Shown one piece after another: positions 18,035-25,847 of a DNA stretch of 64,000 nucleotides. The first letter of the stretch is position 1, and every line of letters begins with the position of its first letter. Under the pieces are notes generated by a model. That model was not told the DNA's origin, did no database searches, and saw nothing but the letters and a program-made list of their open reading frames with translations. Position numbers and translations under genes: made by a program. The DNA is from Chlamydiales bacterium (GTDB taxonomy: Bacteria > Chlamydiota > Chlamydiia > Chlamydiales > SM23-39). The stretch is from the NCBI GenBank assembly GCA_030681135.1, contig JAUXXF010000010.1, positions 31,539 through 95,538 on the forward strand, in the 5' to 3' direction.

Positions 18035-19358
18035 CATCCTGATGATCCTGCTCCCTTTTTGCCTCTTCTCTGAAGAGCTAGAGGTCCATTTAAAGCCCTC
18101 CGTAGAGCTCCCTTCGCTCTACATAAGCTTAGTCCAAACGGATGTGACCTCTTATGATTGGCGCTATTTAGATGAACTTCGCTCTATTTTAGAATTTGAT
18201 CTATCCGTGAGTGGCAAATGCTCGCTTTTGCCCCCAAAACCTGAGTGGGACGAAAAACTTCCTATCCACGACCACCGCAAACATTTTAACCTCACATTTT
18301 GGAAAAACCAAAGCATCCCCTTTATCTTAGTCCTCGAAGCTACCAAACAACGCCTAAGAGTGACCGCATTTCACATAACAAAAGATGGTTCGAAAAGTTA
18401 TCCCGATCTTCTTTTAACCAATGATCTTTCTAAAGATCGATTAGCCATTCACCATTTGGCAAATTGCCTTCAAAAAGATCTCTTCCAGGCTCGAGGGATT
18501 AGCTCTTCAAAGCTCATTTACACACAAAGAACAAAAAATGACGCCTCTGCGTGGCAATCAGAAATTTGGGTCTGCGATGCTGATGGAGCCAATGCAAAGC
18601 AACTGACCAAAGGACAAAACTATTGCTTAACTCCCTTCTTTTTTCCCACTCCAGTGGAAGATGGAGATTTTTTCTTTGTGGCCCACCAAGAAGGGCAATC
18701 GAAGATCTACAAAGCACGTTTTAATGACCCGACTCCCATTCCCATGATCTCTTTACGAGGGAATCAATTGCTCCCTTCCCTTTCTGCCAAAGCCACCCAT
18801 CTTGCGTTTATTTCAGACGTCGCTGGAAGACCCGATCTATTTGTTCAATCGTTCAATCAAAAAGGAGAAGCGATAGGCAAAGCAAGACAACTATTTTCCG
18901 CTCCAAGAGCCACTCAAGCATCCCCCACATTTAGCCCCAATGGGCGAGAAGTGGCGTTCGTATCCGATAAAGATGGACCACCAAGGATCTATGTTCTTCC
19001 TCTTGTCTCTTCAAGCAATACACAAAAAATTAACCCTCGCCTCATCACAAGAAAAAATCGGGAAAACACCTCGCCTAGCTGGTCTCCTGACGGAAAAAAA
19101 ATTGCCTATAGCGCAAAAGTAGATGGAGTGCGTCAAATCTGGCTCTACGATATCGAAAAAGAAGAAGAGATCCAATTGACGACAGGACCGGCTCATAAAG
19201 AAAACCCCTCCTGGGCTCCCAACAGTTTTCATTTAGTCTACAACACGGAAACAGAAGACAGCTGCGAGCTGTATCTCATTAATGTGACAAACCAAACTCC
19301 TGTTTTACTAACAAAAGGTCCCGGACAAAAAAGATTTGCTTCGTGGGATAGGTTCTAA
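18018..19358 (+). CDS. tolB: Tol-Pal system beta-propeller protein TolB
   Basis: Signal peptide and repeated SP(S/T)(F/W)SP(N/D)G(R/K)(E/K)(V/I)A(F/Y) propeller blades. Confidence 0.92.
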   Translation: MRKLYNILMILLPFCLFSEELEVHLKPSVELPSLYISLVQTDVTSYDWRYLDELRSILEFDLSVSGKCSLLPPKPEWDEKLPIHDHRKHFNLTFWKNQSIPFILVLEATKQRLRVTAFHITKDGSKSYPDLLLTNDLSKDRLAIHHLANCLQKDLFQARGISSSKLIYTQRTKNDASAWQSEIWVCDADGANAKQLTKGQNYCLTPFFFPTPVEDGDFFFVAHQEGQSKIYKARFNDPTPIPMISLRGNQLLPSLSAKATHLAFISDVAGRPDLFVQSFNQKGEAIGKARQLFSAPRATQASPTFSPNGREVAFVSDKDGPPRIYVLPLVSSSNTQKINPRLITRKNRENTSPSWSPDGKKIAYSAKVDGVRQIWLYDIEKEEEIQLTTGPAHKENPSWAPNSFHLVYNTETEDSCELYLINVTNQTPVLLTKGPGQKRFASWDRF

Positions 19359-19470
19359 GCAAAAAATTTGTGCTCAAATGGAGTTTTGTGAACAGGCTCG
19401 CTAAACTCTCGTCAAGAAATAGACTTTTGATATAGATTAAAACCAGTATATCAGTAAGAGGTCAAATACA

Positions 19471-20136
19471 ATGAACCGCTTCGTCATTTTTTGCGCTTTC
19501 ATTTGCACAGTTTCCAGTTGCTCAAATAACAGCAACCAGGCTTGGGAAGATATGAAGACAGCAGGACGCTACATGCAGCGCAGCGTAGATACACTCTGGG
19601 GAAAAAATTATGAATCGCGCATGCTCACTTCAGATGAAGAATTTATCGGCCCGGAACAAGAAGATTTCATCCCCTTAAAAGACGCAGATCTCAAAAACAC
19701 GGTAGCAGACACTGCTTTGCCTCAGCCAAAAGGCAATCCCGGAGAAAAAGGAGTTCCTTCTCTAGACCGTTTTTATTCTCCTCCCAATTCTTTACGCTCT
19801 ATTTTTCAAACGGTCCATTTTGAAACAGATGAACATATTGTAAGAGAAAAAGCGGACCTTGCAGCCGTAGCTGAAATAGCTGCCTATTTGAAAAAAAACC
19901 CCAATGTATATCTGGTCATCAAAGGACATACAGATGAAAGGGCCTCTGCTAGCTATAACATCGCTTTGGGAACAAGAAGAGCCAATTATATCCGCTCTCT
20001 TCTTGTAAAAGCAGGCGTTGATCTAAATCGCCTTTACGCTATTTCTAGGGGTAAAGAAGAACCCTTGGCATTCGGACACTCTTCCGAAGACTGGAAACGG
20101 AATCGACGGGTAGAATTTAAAATTTTTGAACAATAG
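19471..20136 (+). CDS. pal: peptidoglycan-associated lipoprotein (OmpA family)
   Basis: Lipobox VSSC and an OmpA-like C-terminus (GHTDERASASYNIALGTRRANYIRSLLV). Confidence 0.92.
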   Translation: MNRFVIFCAFICTVSSCSNNSNQAWEDMKTAGRYMQRSVDTLWGKNYESRMLTSDEEFIGPEQEDFIPLKDADLKNTVADTALPQPKGNPGEKGVPSLDRFYSPPNSLRSIFQTVHFETDEHIVREKADLAAVAEIAAYLKKNPNVYLVIKGHTDERASASYNIALGTRRANYIRSLLVKAGVDLNRLYAISRGKEEPLAFGHSSEDWKRNRRVEFKIFEQ

Positions 20137-20140
20137 ATTT

Positions 20141-20779
20141 ATGAAAAAGCGCAACTGCCTCTTATTAGCAATTGGGTTTCTTTTAGGATGCTCTCCTCTC
20201 AAGACATCGCCTCACGATGAAAAACATCAGCTTGAACTGACGTTGCATGAAGTACAAACAAATCTTGATGATCTGCGCCACGATGTCAATTGCTTTCAAA
20301 CCGAAATGCAAATCTTAGATGGGCGGATTAAATATTATGAAAACACTCTAAGCTCTCTCAAAAATCAGGATCTGCAAAACACGCAAGGCAAAGTAGATCA
20401 GTTAGTCCATCAAATTCACTCCCTCGAAAAAAAACTCAATGCCTTTGAAAAGTCGCACCAGACAGAAGAAAAGAATCTTGAGCAGCTTGCAACGCATGCT
20501 AATGAGACGACAGTTGCTTTTACTCAATTTAAGTATCGACTTGTTGAAATAGAGCAAAGTCTGGCTAGTCTGAGCAAACTGAAAACAAACCTTGAGTCTT
20601 TAGCAAACAACTTACGTCCTTCTTCAGAATCATTCAAAATTTACAAGGTCTCTCCAGGAGATTCGTTAAAAAAAATCGCAACGCTTCATAAAACAAGCGT
20701 AGAGAAACTCAAAACCTACAACCATTTACATGAAGATTTGATTGTCGTAGGACAAGAGCTAAAAATCCCACTCGGCTAA
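20141..20779 (+). CDS. coiled-coil lipoprotein with a C-terminal LysM domain
   Basis: MKKRNCLLLAIGFLLGC lipobox at the ATG at 20141 (the track ORF starts at a TTG at 20126). A long heptad-rich middle region. LysM: YKVSPGDSLKKIATLHKTSVEKLKTYNHL...GQELKIP. Confidence 0.8.
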   Translation: MKKRNCLLLAIGFLLGCSPLKTSPHDEKHQLELTLHEVQTNLDDLRHDVNCFQTEMQILDGRIKYYENTLSSLKNQDLQNTQGKVDQLVHQIHSLEKKLNAFEKSHQTEEKNLEQLATHANETTVAFTQFKYRLVEIEQSLASLSKLKTNLESLANNLRPSSESFKIYKVSPGDSLKKIATLHKTSVEKLKTYNHLHEDLIVVGQELKIPLG

Positions 20780-20951
20780 GAGGGTGTCTAAGAATTAAGG
20801 CTTCGTCGATTTTCGGGATGATTTTGGCCTATTTTCGATTCTTTTTACAGGGGTAGTATACGAAGTTGATACAACCCCCCCTGTAAAAAGAATCGAAAAT
20901 AGGCTCAAAAGCACCCGAAAATCGACAGAAGCTTAATTTTTAGACACCCTC
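20780..20951. repeat. full-length family-1 palindromic element
   Basis: GAGGGTGTCTAAGAATTAAGGCTTCGTCGATTTTCGGG...CAGGGG-loop-CCCCCCTG...CCCGAAAATCGACAGAAGCTTAATTTTTAGACACCCTC. It starts at the base after the LysM gene stop. Confidence 0.9.
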
Positions 20952-21085
20952 TAAAACATGTCCATAACCCTAGATTATGGACAGATTCTAAACAATAGTA
21001 CGCCTCCCTTTAAAAATTGATTGAAAAAAACATCAAAACGTGAAATCATTCGCGGCGTTTAGAGATATTGTTAAAAGGACGACAC

Positions 21086-21793
21086 ATGAGTCAAAAGAAA
21101 CGAATTTTGTTAATAGAAGATGAAGAAGATATTGCAGCCCTTATCAAGCTGCAAGCAGAAATTTCTGGATATAAACTACATGTAGAAGTAGATGGGATCA
21201 ATGGGTATCGAGCGATCGAACGAGAAAAACCCGATCTCGTCATTTTAGATGTAATGCTCCCCGGAGAAAATGGTCTGGATGTATGCCGGAAAATGAAAGG
21301 CAATCCTGAATTAAAAAACATTCCCGTAGTGATTCTTTCTGCAAAGGGAGAAGAGCTCGACGTAGTCCTTGGGCTGGAACTCGGCGCTGATGACTATGTG
21401 GCCAAGCCTTTTTCGCCAAAAGTATTATTTTCTCGCATTAAAGCCATTTTACGCAGAGGGAAAGAACCCGAAAAAGTTTCCAAAGTGGCAAAATACGGAG
21501 AATTTACCTTGGATATTGATCGCTACATCCTCCGAAAAGGGGATAAGGTCATCCCTCTGACCTTATCGGAGTTTGGGATTTTGCGTCGAATGGTCACAAA
21601 CCGAGGAAAAGTACTCACTCGCAATCAATTACTCGATGATATCAATAATGACGATGCATTCATCGTCGATCGCAATATTGACGTCCACATAGCTTCTCTA
21701 CGAAAAAAGCTTGGACCTACCTTTGATTGGATCGAAACAGTGCGCGGCGTTGGATATCGCTTTAGAGAAGATCCGATCGCTCTCGAAAAATAA
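21086..21793 (+). CDS. OmpR/PhoB-family response regulator (receiver plus winged-helix), no adjacent kinase
   Basis: ILLIEDEEDI...DLVILDVMLPGENG receiver with the phospho-acceptor Asp present. C-terminal winged helix ...ETVRGVGYRF. The ATG at 21086 is preceded by AAGGA (the track start at 21068 is a TTG). Confidence 0.9.
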   Translation: MSQKKRILLIEDEEDIAALIKLQAEISGYKLHVEVDGINGYRAIEREKPDLVILDVMLPGENGLDVCRKMKGNPELKNIPVVILSAKGEELDVVLGLELGADDYVAKPFSPKVLFSRIKAILRRGKEPEKVSKVAKYGEFTLDIDRYILRKGDKVIPLTLSEFGILRRMVTNRGKVLTRNQLLDDINNDDAFIVDRNIDVHIASLRKKLGPTFDWIETVRGVGYRFREDPIALEK

Positions 21794-21797
21794 TTCA

Positions 21798-21964
21798 TAG
21801 AGGGGATTGTAACCCCCTTCGAGCATCAATTCGCTGATCGCTTTGCCAATTCCGATTTTTCGCAAATTTCCTAAGAACCAAAAGGTTATGTCAATTTGCG
21901 AAAAACCGAATCAGCTTTGCAATCAGCGAATTTGTGCCCCGAATCCAAGTTTGCCATCCCCTCT
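21798..21964. repeat. family-2 palindromic element (about 167 bp)
   Basis: AGAGGGGAT...ATTCGCTGATCGCTTTGCCAATTCCGATTTTTCGCAAAT-loop-ATTTGCGAAAAACCGAATCAGCTTTGCAATCAGCGAAT...ATCCCCTCT. Confidence 0.85.
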
Positions 21965-22014
21965 TATAGTTTGACCATATATGCCTCTCGCGATATATAC
22001 CAAGAGAGGTTTAT

Positions 22015-22359
22015 ATGGACATGAAACGCTGGTATTTACTGGGATATTTAACTCTAGGGTGTGTTTCCACAACCTTTGGCTTGATCAATCCCCTGATTGC
22101 AGATATCTTAGATCCGCAAGATCGAAAAATATTACAAAGAAATAGCCCTCGAACAGTAGACCGAATCGATCGAAACGAGCCGCTGACCATCAATGACATC
22201 ATAAAACTAAGCCAAAATGGTATCCACGATGAAAGCATGATCGAATATATGCGAAATACCAATAGTTTTTACCATTTAAGCCAAACTCAAATCCGCAGAC
22301 TCCAAGATGCAGGTGTCAGTCAACGAGTTATTGATTTTATGGTCCGTTCTGGGCAATAA
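22015..22359 (+). CDS. small putative lipoprotein (114 aa) with two short internal repeats
   Basis: Lipobox LTLGC. LTINDIIKLSQNGIHDESMIEYM and LSQTQIRRLQDAGVSQRVIDFMV are two copies of one motif. Confidence 0.6.
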   Translation: MDMKRWYLLGYLTLGCVSTTFGLINPLIADILDPQDRKILQRNSPRTVDRIDRNEPLTINDIIKLSQNGIHDESMIEYMRNTNSFYHLSQTQIRRLQDAGVSQRVIDFMVRSGQ

Positions 22360-22361
22360 TT

Positions 22362-22534
22362 AGAGTCTGTCGTTGTATTGAGGCTTCGTCGATTTTGGGG
22401 ATTTTTTTGGCCGATTTTCGTTTCTTTTTTGGGGGATAGTATGCAGCCGTTGATACAATCCCCCAAAAAAGAAACGAAAATCGGTTCAAAAAAATCCCCA
22501 AAATCGACAGAAGCTCAATACAGCAACAGACTCT
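22362..22534. repeat. full-length family-1 palindromic element
   Basis: AGAGTCTGTCGTTGTATTGAGGCTTCGTCGATTTTGGGGA...GGGGG-loop-CCCCC...TCCCCAAAATCGACAGAAGCTCAATACAGCAACAGACTCT. Confidence 0.9.
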
Positions 22535-22598
22535 TATTGCTCAAAAAACCAAAAACCGGTACATCGTATATCGGCACACTTAAGCGTGTTTTACTTTT

Positions 22599-23648
22599 AT
22601 GTCTTTACACCTCAGTCCAGAAACTTCTGCAACGAAATCGTTTGATGCTCAGTTAGAGCACAACCTGCCACAGTATTATCGAAAAATCCTTCAAGAGTTC
22701 AAACGAACTATCAAAAATTTTGCTGTTTTCAACGTTGCATTTATCTTATTGCTCGCCGCAGAATTAGTTGCCTTCGGAGCTTTTCTTCCCGTTTTCAGCC
22801 GCTCTTATTTGCTAGCCTTTGGACTAGGGGCCATTTTTTTGACTGGCTTTTCGTATTTTGTCCTCCTTTTTTATTTTCAGGCAAAAAAACCAGAACAAAT
22901 CACTCTGATTCGAGATCGTTTTATCGCTTCTTGCAAACAGCTCATGGGTCTTCCTTACGGCGTAGCCCAACACCACCTCACAGTAGCCACTTCTTTGCTT
23001 AAATTGTCTGCTTACTTGACTGACTTCGAATGGCATCTCTATCAGGTGCCTAAATGGCTAAATCCCCCTCTCCTTCGACGTTTTATCGCTTATTGTCATT
23101 GGAAAGACGTGTTTACGATGAAACAATGCTTATTGCATGCTGCGATTGAAGAGCACCTTCAACAAATCCGATCCACTCCTACAGATCTAGAGCTCCATGC
23201 ATCGTTGGCTTCCACCTACGTCGCCCTTTCTCAAATTTACTTGGAACCAACACCCCATAAAGGGCCTCATCCGAGAAGTTCCTATTACCAAAAAAGGCGA
23301 TCTCTTTTTGAAGAAAAATTTCGGAGAGCCGCAGAATTTGCCATCGAAGAATTTCAGATTCTGAGCCACTACGCCCCAAATGATCCATGGGTCCATGAAC
23401 AATTGGCCTCTGGCTACCGGGACTTGGATCTCCCTCTAGAAGAAATCCGCGAAGTGGAAATCCTCTTAACGCTCAAACCCCAAGACAATCTTATTTTATT
23501 TCGCTTGGGGAAGTTGTACTTTGAACAAAAACACAACGCTAAGGGGCTTCAAATCTACGAACAACTAAAAAAAGCCCACTACCCACAAGCCGATGAGCTC
23601 ATTTCCTCTTATGGAATCATTGCTTCTTTTGAATCTATAAGCCAATAG
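22599..23648 (+). CDS. membrane protein with a TPR-like C-terminal region
   Basis: Two or three N-terminal TM helices, then helical repeats (..LASGYRDLDLPLEEI.., ..LGKLYFEQKHNAKGLQIYEQL..). Confidence 0.6.
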   Translation: MSLHLSPETSATKSFDAQLEHNLPQYYRKILQEFKRTIKNFAVFNVAFILLLAAELVAFGAFLPVFSRSYLLAFGLGAIFLTGFSYFVLLFYFQAKKPEQITLIRDRFIASCKQLMGLPYGVAQHHLTVATSLLKLSAYLTDFEWHLYQVPKWLNPPLLRRFIAYCHWKDVFTMKQCLLHAAIEEHLQQIRSTPTDLELHASLASTYVALSQIYLEPTPHKGPHPRSSYYQKRRSLFEEKFRRAAEFAIEEFQILSHYAPNDPWVHEQLASGYRDLDLPLEEIREVEILLTLKPQDNLILFRLGKLYFEQKHNAKGLQIYEQLKKAHYPQADELISSYGIIASFESISQ

Positions 23649-23652
23649 ACCT

Positions 23653-24870
23653 TTATTTTTGCCAGTATGCACGGCTAAACGGGGTAAAGATAAAGTTTTG
23701 ACCATCAGTCAATTGTCGAAATGTTTCTTTATCTTTTTCATCTGCATTCTTATAAATCACATAAGGGGGCGGTATTGCCAATGAAATATCAGTCGTTGGA
23801 GCGTATTCTGCTCCAAGCATGATCATTTTTGCGTTTTCTTTGGTCTCAGGATATTTAAGAAACACGGTATCTGCCGTTCTCATGGTTGTGTGATCTGAAG
23901 TCATTCCCATCATAAAAAATCCATTTAAGGTTGTATCTCCATGGATACAATCTTCTTCGATTACTAACGTATATCCATAAGGAATTTGCACCCCAATTAA
24001 TTCAAGTTCATCAGGGCTTTGATTGGTTCGAGCAAGAACGACATAACCTTTAGCATCTACAGTAAGAGGAGTAATCGTTTGAGAAAAGCGGTGCCGTTCT
24101 AAAAAAAGACCGCTTCCATTTTGGATCTGCCAATCTGCATATAAAGGCTCATACAAATAAGTAACCAGCCGATAGTCATCTTTTGAGGGAAGCTCTTTTT
24201 TGGTAATTTGAAAAGGGATTTGATTGTTCACAAGCCGCGCCTTAAATGAACTGAGATCGATGCCTCTAGGATCGAAATATTTCAATTCAATCAATTGTCT
24301 ATCCATCTCCAATAGGCCTGGATCGAGAAAAAGGGACTGTCGAAGATGTTTTTTAGTGACCTGATAGTCCAGTTTTTTTTCTTGGATGACATCACTATCT
24401 TTTCCGCTCACCCAATTAGCTTTCACGATAGTAAGAAAATTGGAGTCAAATTTTTTAAGTGCAACCTCCTGTTCGCAATCTTCAACTGAAATAAGTTTTC
24501 TATGAAATAAAGGAGGAAATTGGTTTGTGATTGTATATAAATATTTATGAGGCTCTTCTAAATTACCTAAGTAATCAACAGGACCTATCATGCTGGCTCC
24601 CGGGGCTCCCCGAACAGCAGTTAAATTTTGCATCCTTAACAAGGATCGAGTAGCTGATTCTAACGTCCCATTATCAGAAAACCTCGGAATAGTTGCCGAC
24701 ATCAATCGGCCATATACTCTACAGGCAATAGTGCCGTCATCTCCATCCAGCAATAAAAGTCGTTTAGATTCTTCAAAAGTCGCTAGAGAATCATTTTGTG
24801 TGCAACAAGAATAACAGCCGCTCAAGCAAAGTGCCAAGAAAGAGAAATATAAATATTTTAGGTATTTCAT
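23653..24870 (-). CDS. hypothetical lipoprotein (405 aa)
   Basis: Signal peptide with LSGC lipobox. I recognise no domain. Confidence 0.6.
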   Translation of the reverse strand: MKYLKYLYFSFLALCLSGCYSCCTQNDSLATFEESKRLLLLDGDDGTIACRVYGRLMSATIPRFSDNGTLESATRSLLRMQNLTAVRGAPGASMIGPVDYLGNLEEPHKYLYTITNQFPPLFHRKLISVEDCEQEVALKKFDSNFLTIVKANWVSGKDSDVIQEKKLDYQVTKKHLRQSLFLDPGLLEMDRQLIELKYFDPRGIDLSSFKARLVNNQIPFQITKKELPSKDDYRLVTYLYEPLYADWQIQNGSGLFLERHRFSQTITPLTVDAKGYVVLARTNQSPDELELIGVQIPYGYTLVIEEDCIHGDTTLNGFFMMGMTSDHTTMRTADTVFLKYPETKENAKMIMLGAEYAPTTDISLAIPPPYVIYKNADEKDKETFRQLTDGQNFIFTPFSRAYWQK

Positions 24871-24962
24871 AATCTATCTCTTTACAATAAATTCATAAAA
24901 AAGCATACCTTTTTGGCAATTTAAAGACAGCTCAGAAGAAACGGTTAGCAGGACAGAGGAAA

Positions 24963-25724
24963 TTATAAATTTTTAACCAATCGAGGTATAAGTTGCCAGC
25001 AGTCATCCTTCCTAGAAAGAAAACTAATTTTGTCTGAAAAATTATACTCTGCTGCCAACTCTACATCTTGTCTGAAGCCATGAGCGATTAATTCCTGACC
25101 AGACTCACATGCCATTAAATTGTTTTTAAGATCACTGGAAGCTGTATTAAAAGACTGGATAGCGAACTCAGCTTCGATTGTTTTCTCTCCCTCAAGACAG
25201 GCTAAAATACTTCCTACTCCCCAATAATCCTCAATGGAAGGCCTCAACATTTTATTTGGATAACGTTCACCAGCTGCTACAAATAGAGTAGGGAAAAATT
25301 TCTTAAAATTTAATACATCGCTCAAAACTTGAGAGTTCCTGAAACATCCTGCAAAAACTGGTTTTTCAAAATGAGAAGCTAAATCTATTAAAGTAGACCC
25401 ATTAAGAGAAGGTAAGAGAATTGTTTGATTTGAATCCACAAATTGCATGCTTGCCGGAGACAAAGTAATCCCAGGCTCATTTCTCTTTTTTGCTAAAATA
25501 GCTTTCCGTTCCTTGGAAATAGATCTGAGAAGATTTTCATCTTCAATGTTGGTAGGGATAATCGAACATCCCTTAGAAAGAGCCATGTCCACAGTAGTAC
25601 AAAAAGATAGAACATCCACTATAACAATAGCGCTAAAGAAAGTCCCGTAATAAGCAAGGCCGTCTTGTCCCCAGCAAATATGATGTTTATTTGCTGGGAT
25701 AGTTCCTTCAAACAGCTCCGCCAT
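24963..25724 (-). CDS. 2-phosphosulfolactate phosphatase (ComB) family protein
   Basis: AIVIVDVLSFCTTVDMALSKGCSIIPT resembles the ComB N-terminal VvDVLRAttt motif. LFVAAGERY...IEDYWGVGSIL resembles the C-terminal cAG...EDxxcAG motif. Confidence 0.55.
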   Translation of the reverse strand: MAELFEGTIPANKHHICWGQDGLAYYGTFFSAIVIVDVLSFCTTVDMALSKGCSIIPTNIEDENLLRSISKERKAILAKKRNEPGITLSPASMQFVDSNQTILLPSLNGSTLIDLASHFEKPVFAGCFRNSQVLSDVLNFKKFFPTLFVAAGERYPNKMLRPSIEDYWGVGSILACLEGEKTIEAEFAIQSFNTASSDLKNNLMACESGQELIAHGFRQDVELAAEYNFSDKISFLSRKDDCWQLIPRLVKNL

Positions 25725-25730
25725 AGTTTG

Positions 25731-25847
25731 TTAGGTCATTCCAAAGGTTTCTTTTTCAAAAAACACATCGGCCGTCACTTTTCCGTCAGCCGCTGTGTAA
25801 AGAATGATCCGACTTTGCGTGTCGGGTGAGCAAATTTGTTCTTTCAT
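25731..25847 (-). pseudogene. N-terminal remnant (38 codons) of a RhuM-like gene
   Basis: MKEQICSPDTQSRIILYTAADGKVTADVFFEKETFGMT then a stop. IILYTAADGKVTADVFFEKET resembles, as far as I recall, the conserved RhuM-family N-terminus (iiiYqtedGktkieVrledETvWLtq). The ATG overlaps the upstream stop as ATGA. Confidence 0.45.

Noticed and set aside
22378-22656. 92-aa ORF in the supplied track
   Set aside because: It lies almost entirely inside the family-1 palindromic element 22362-22534. Its sequence is a read-through of both hairpin arms and it overlaps the start of the next real gene. It is not credible as coding.
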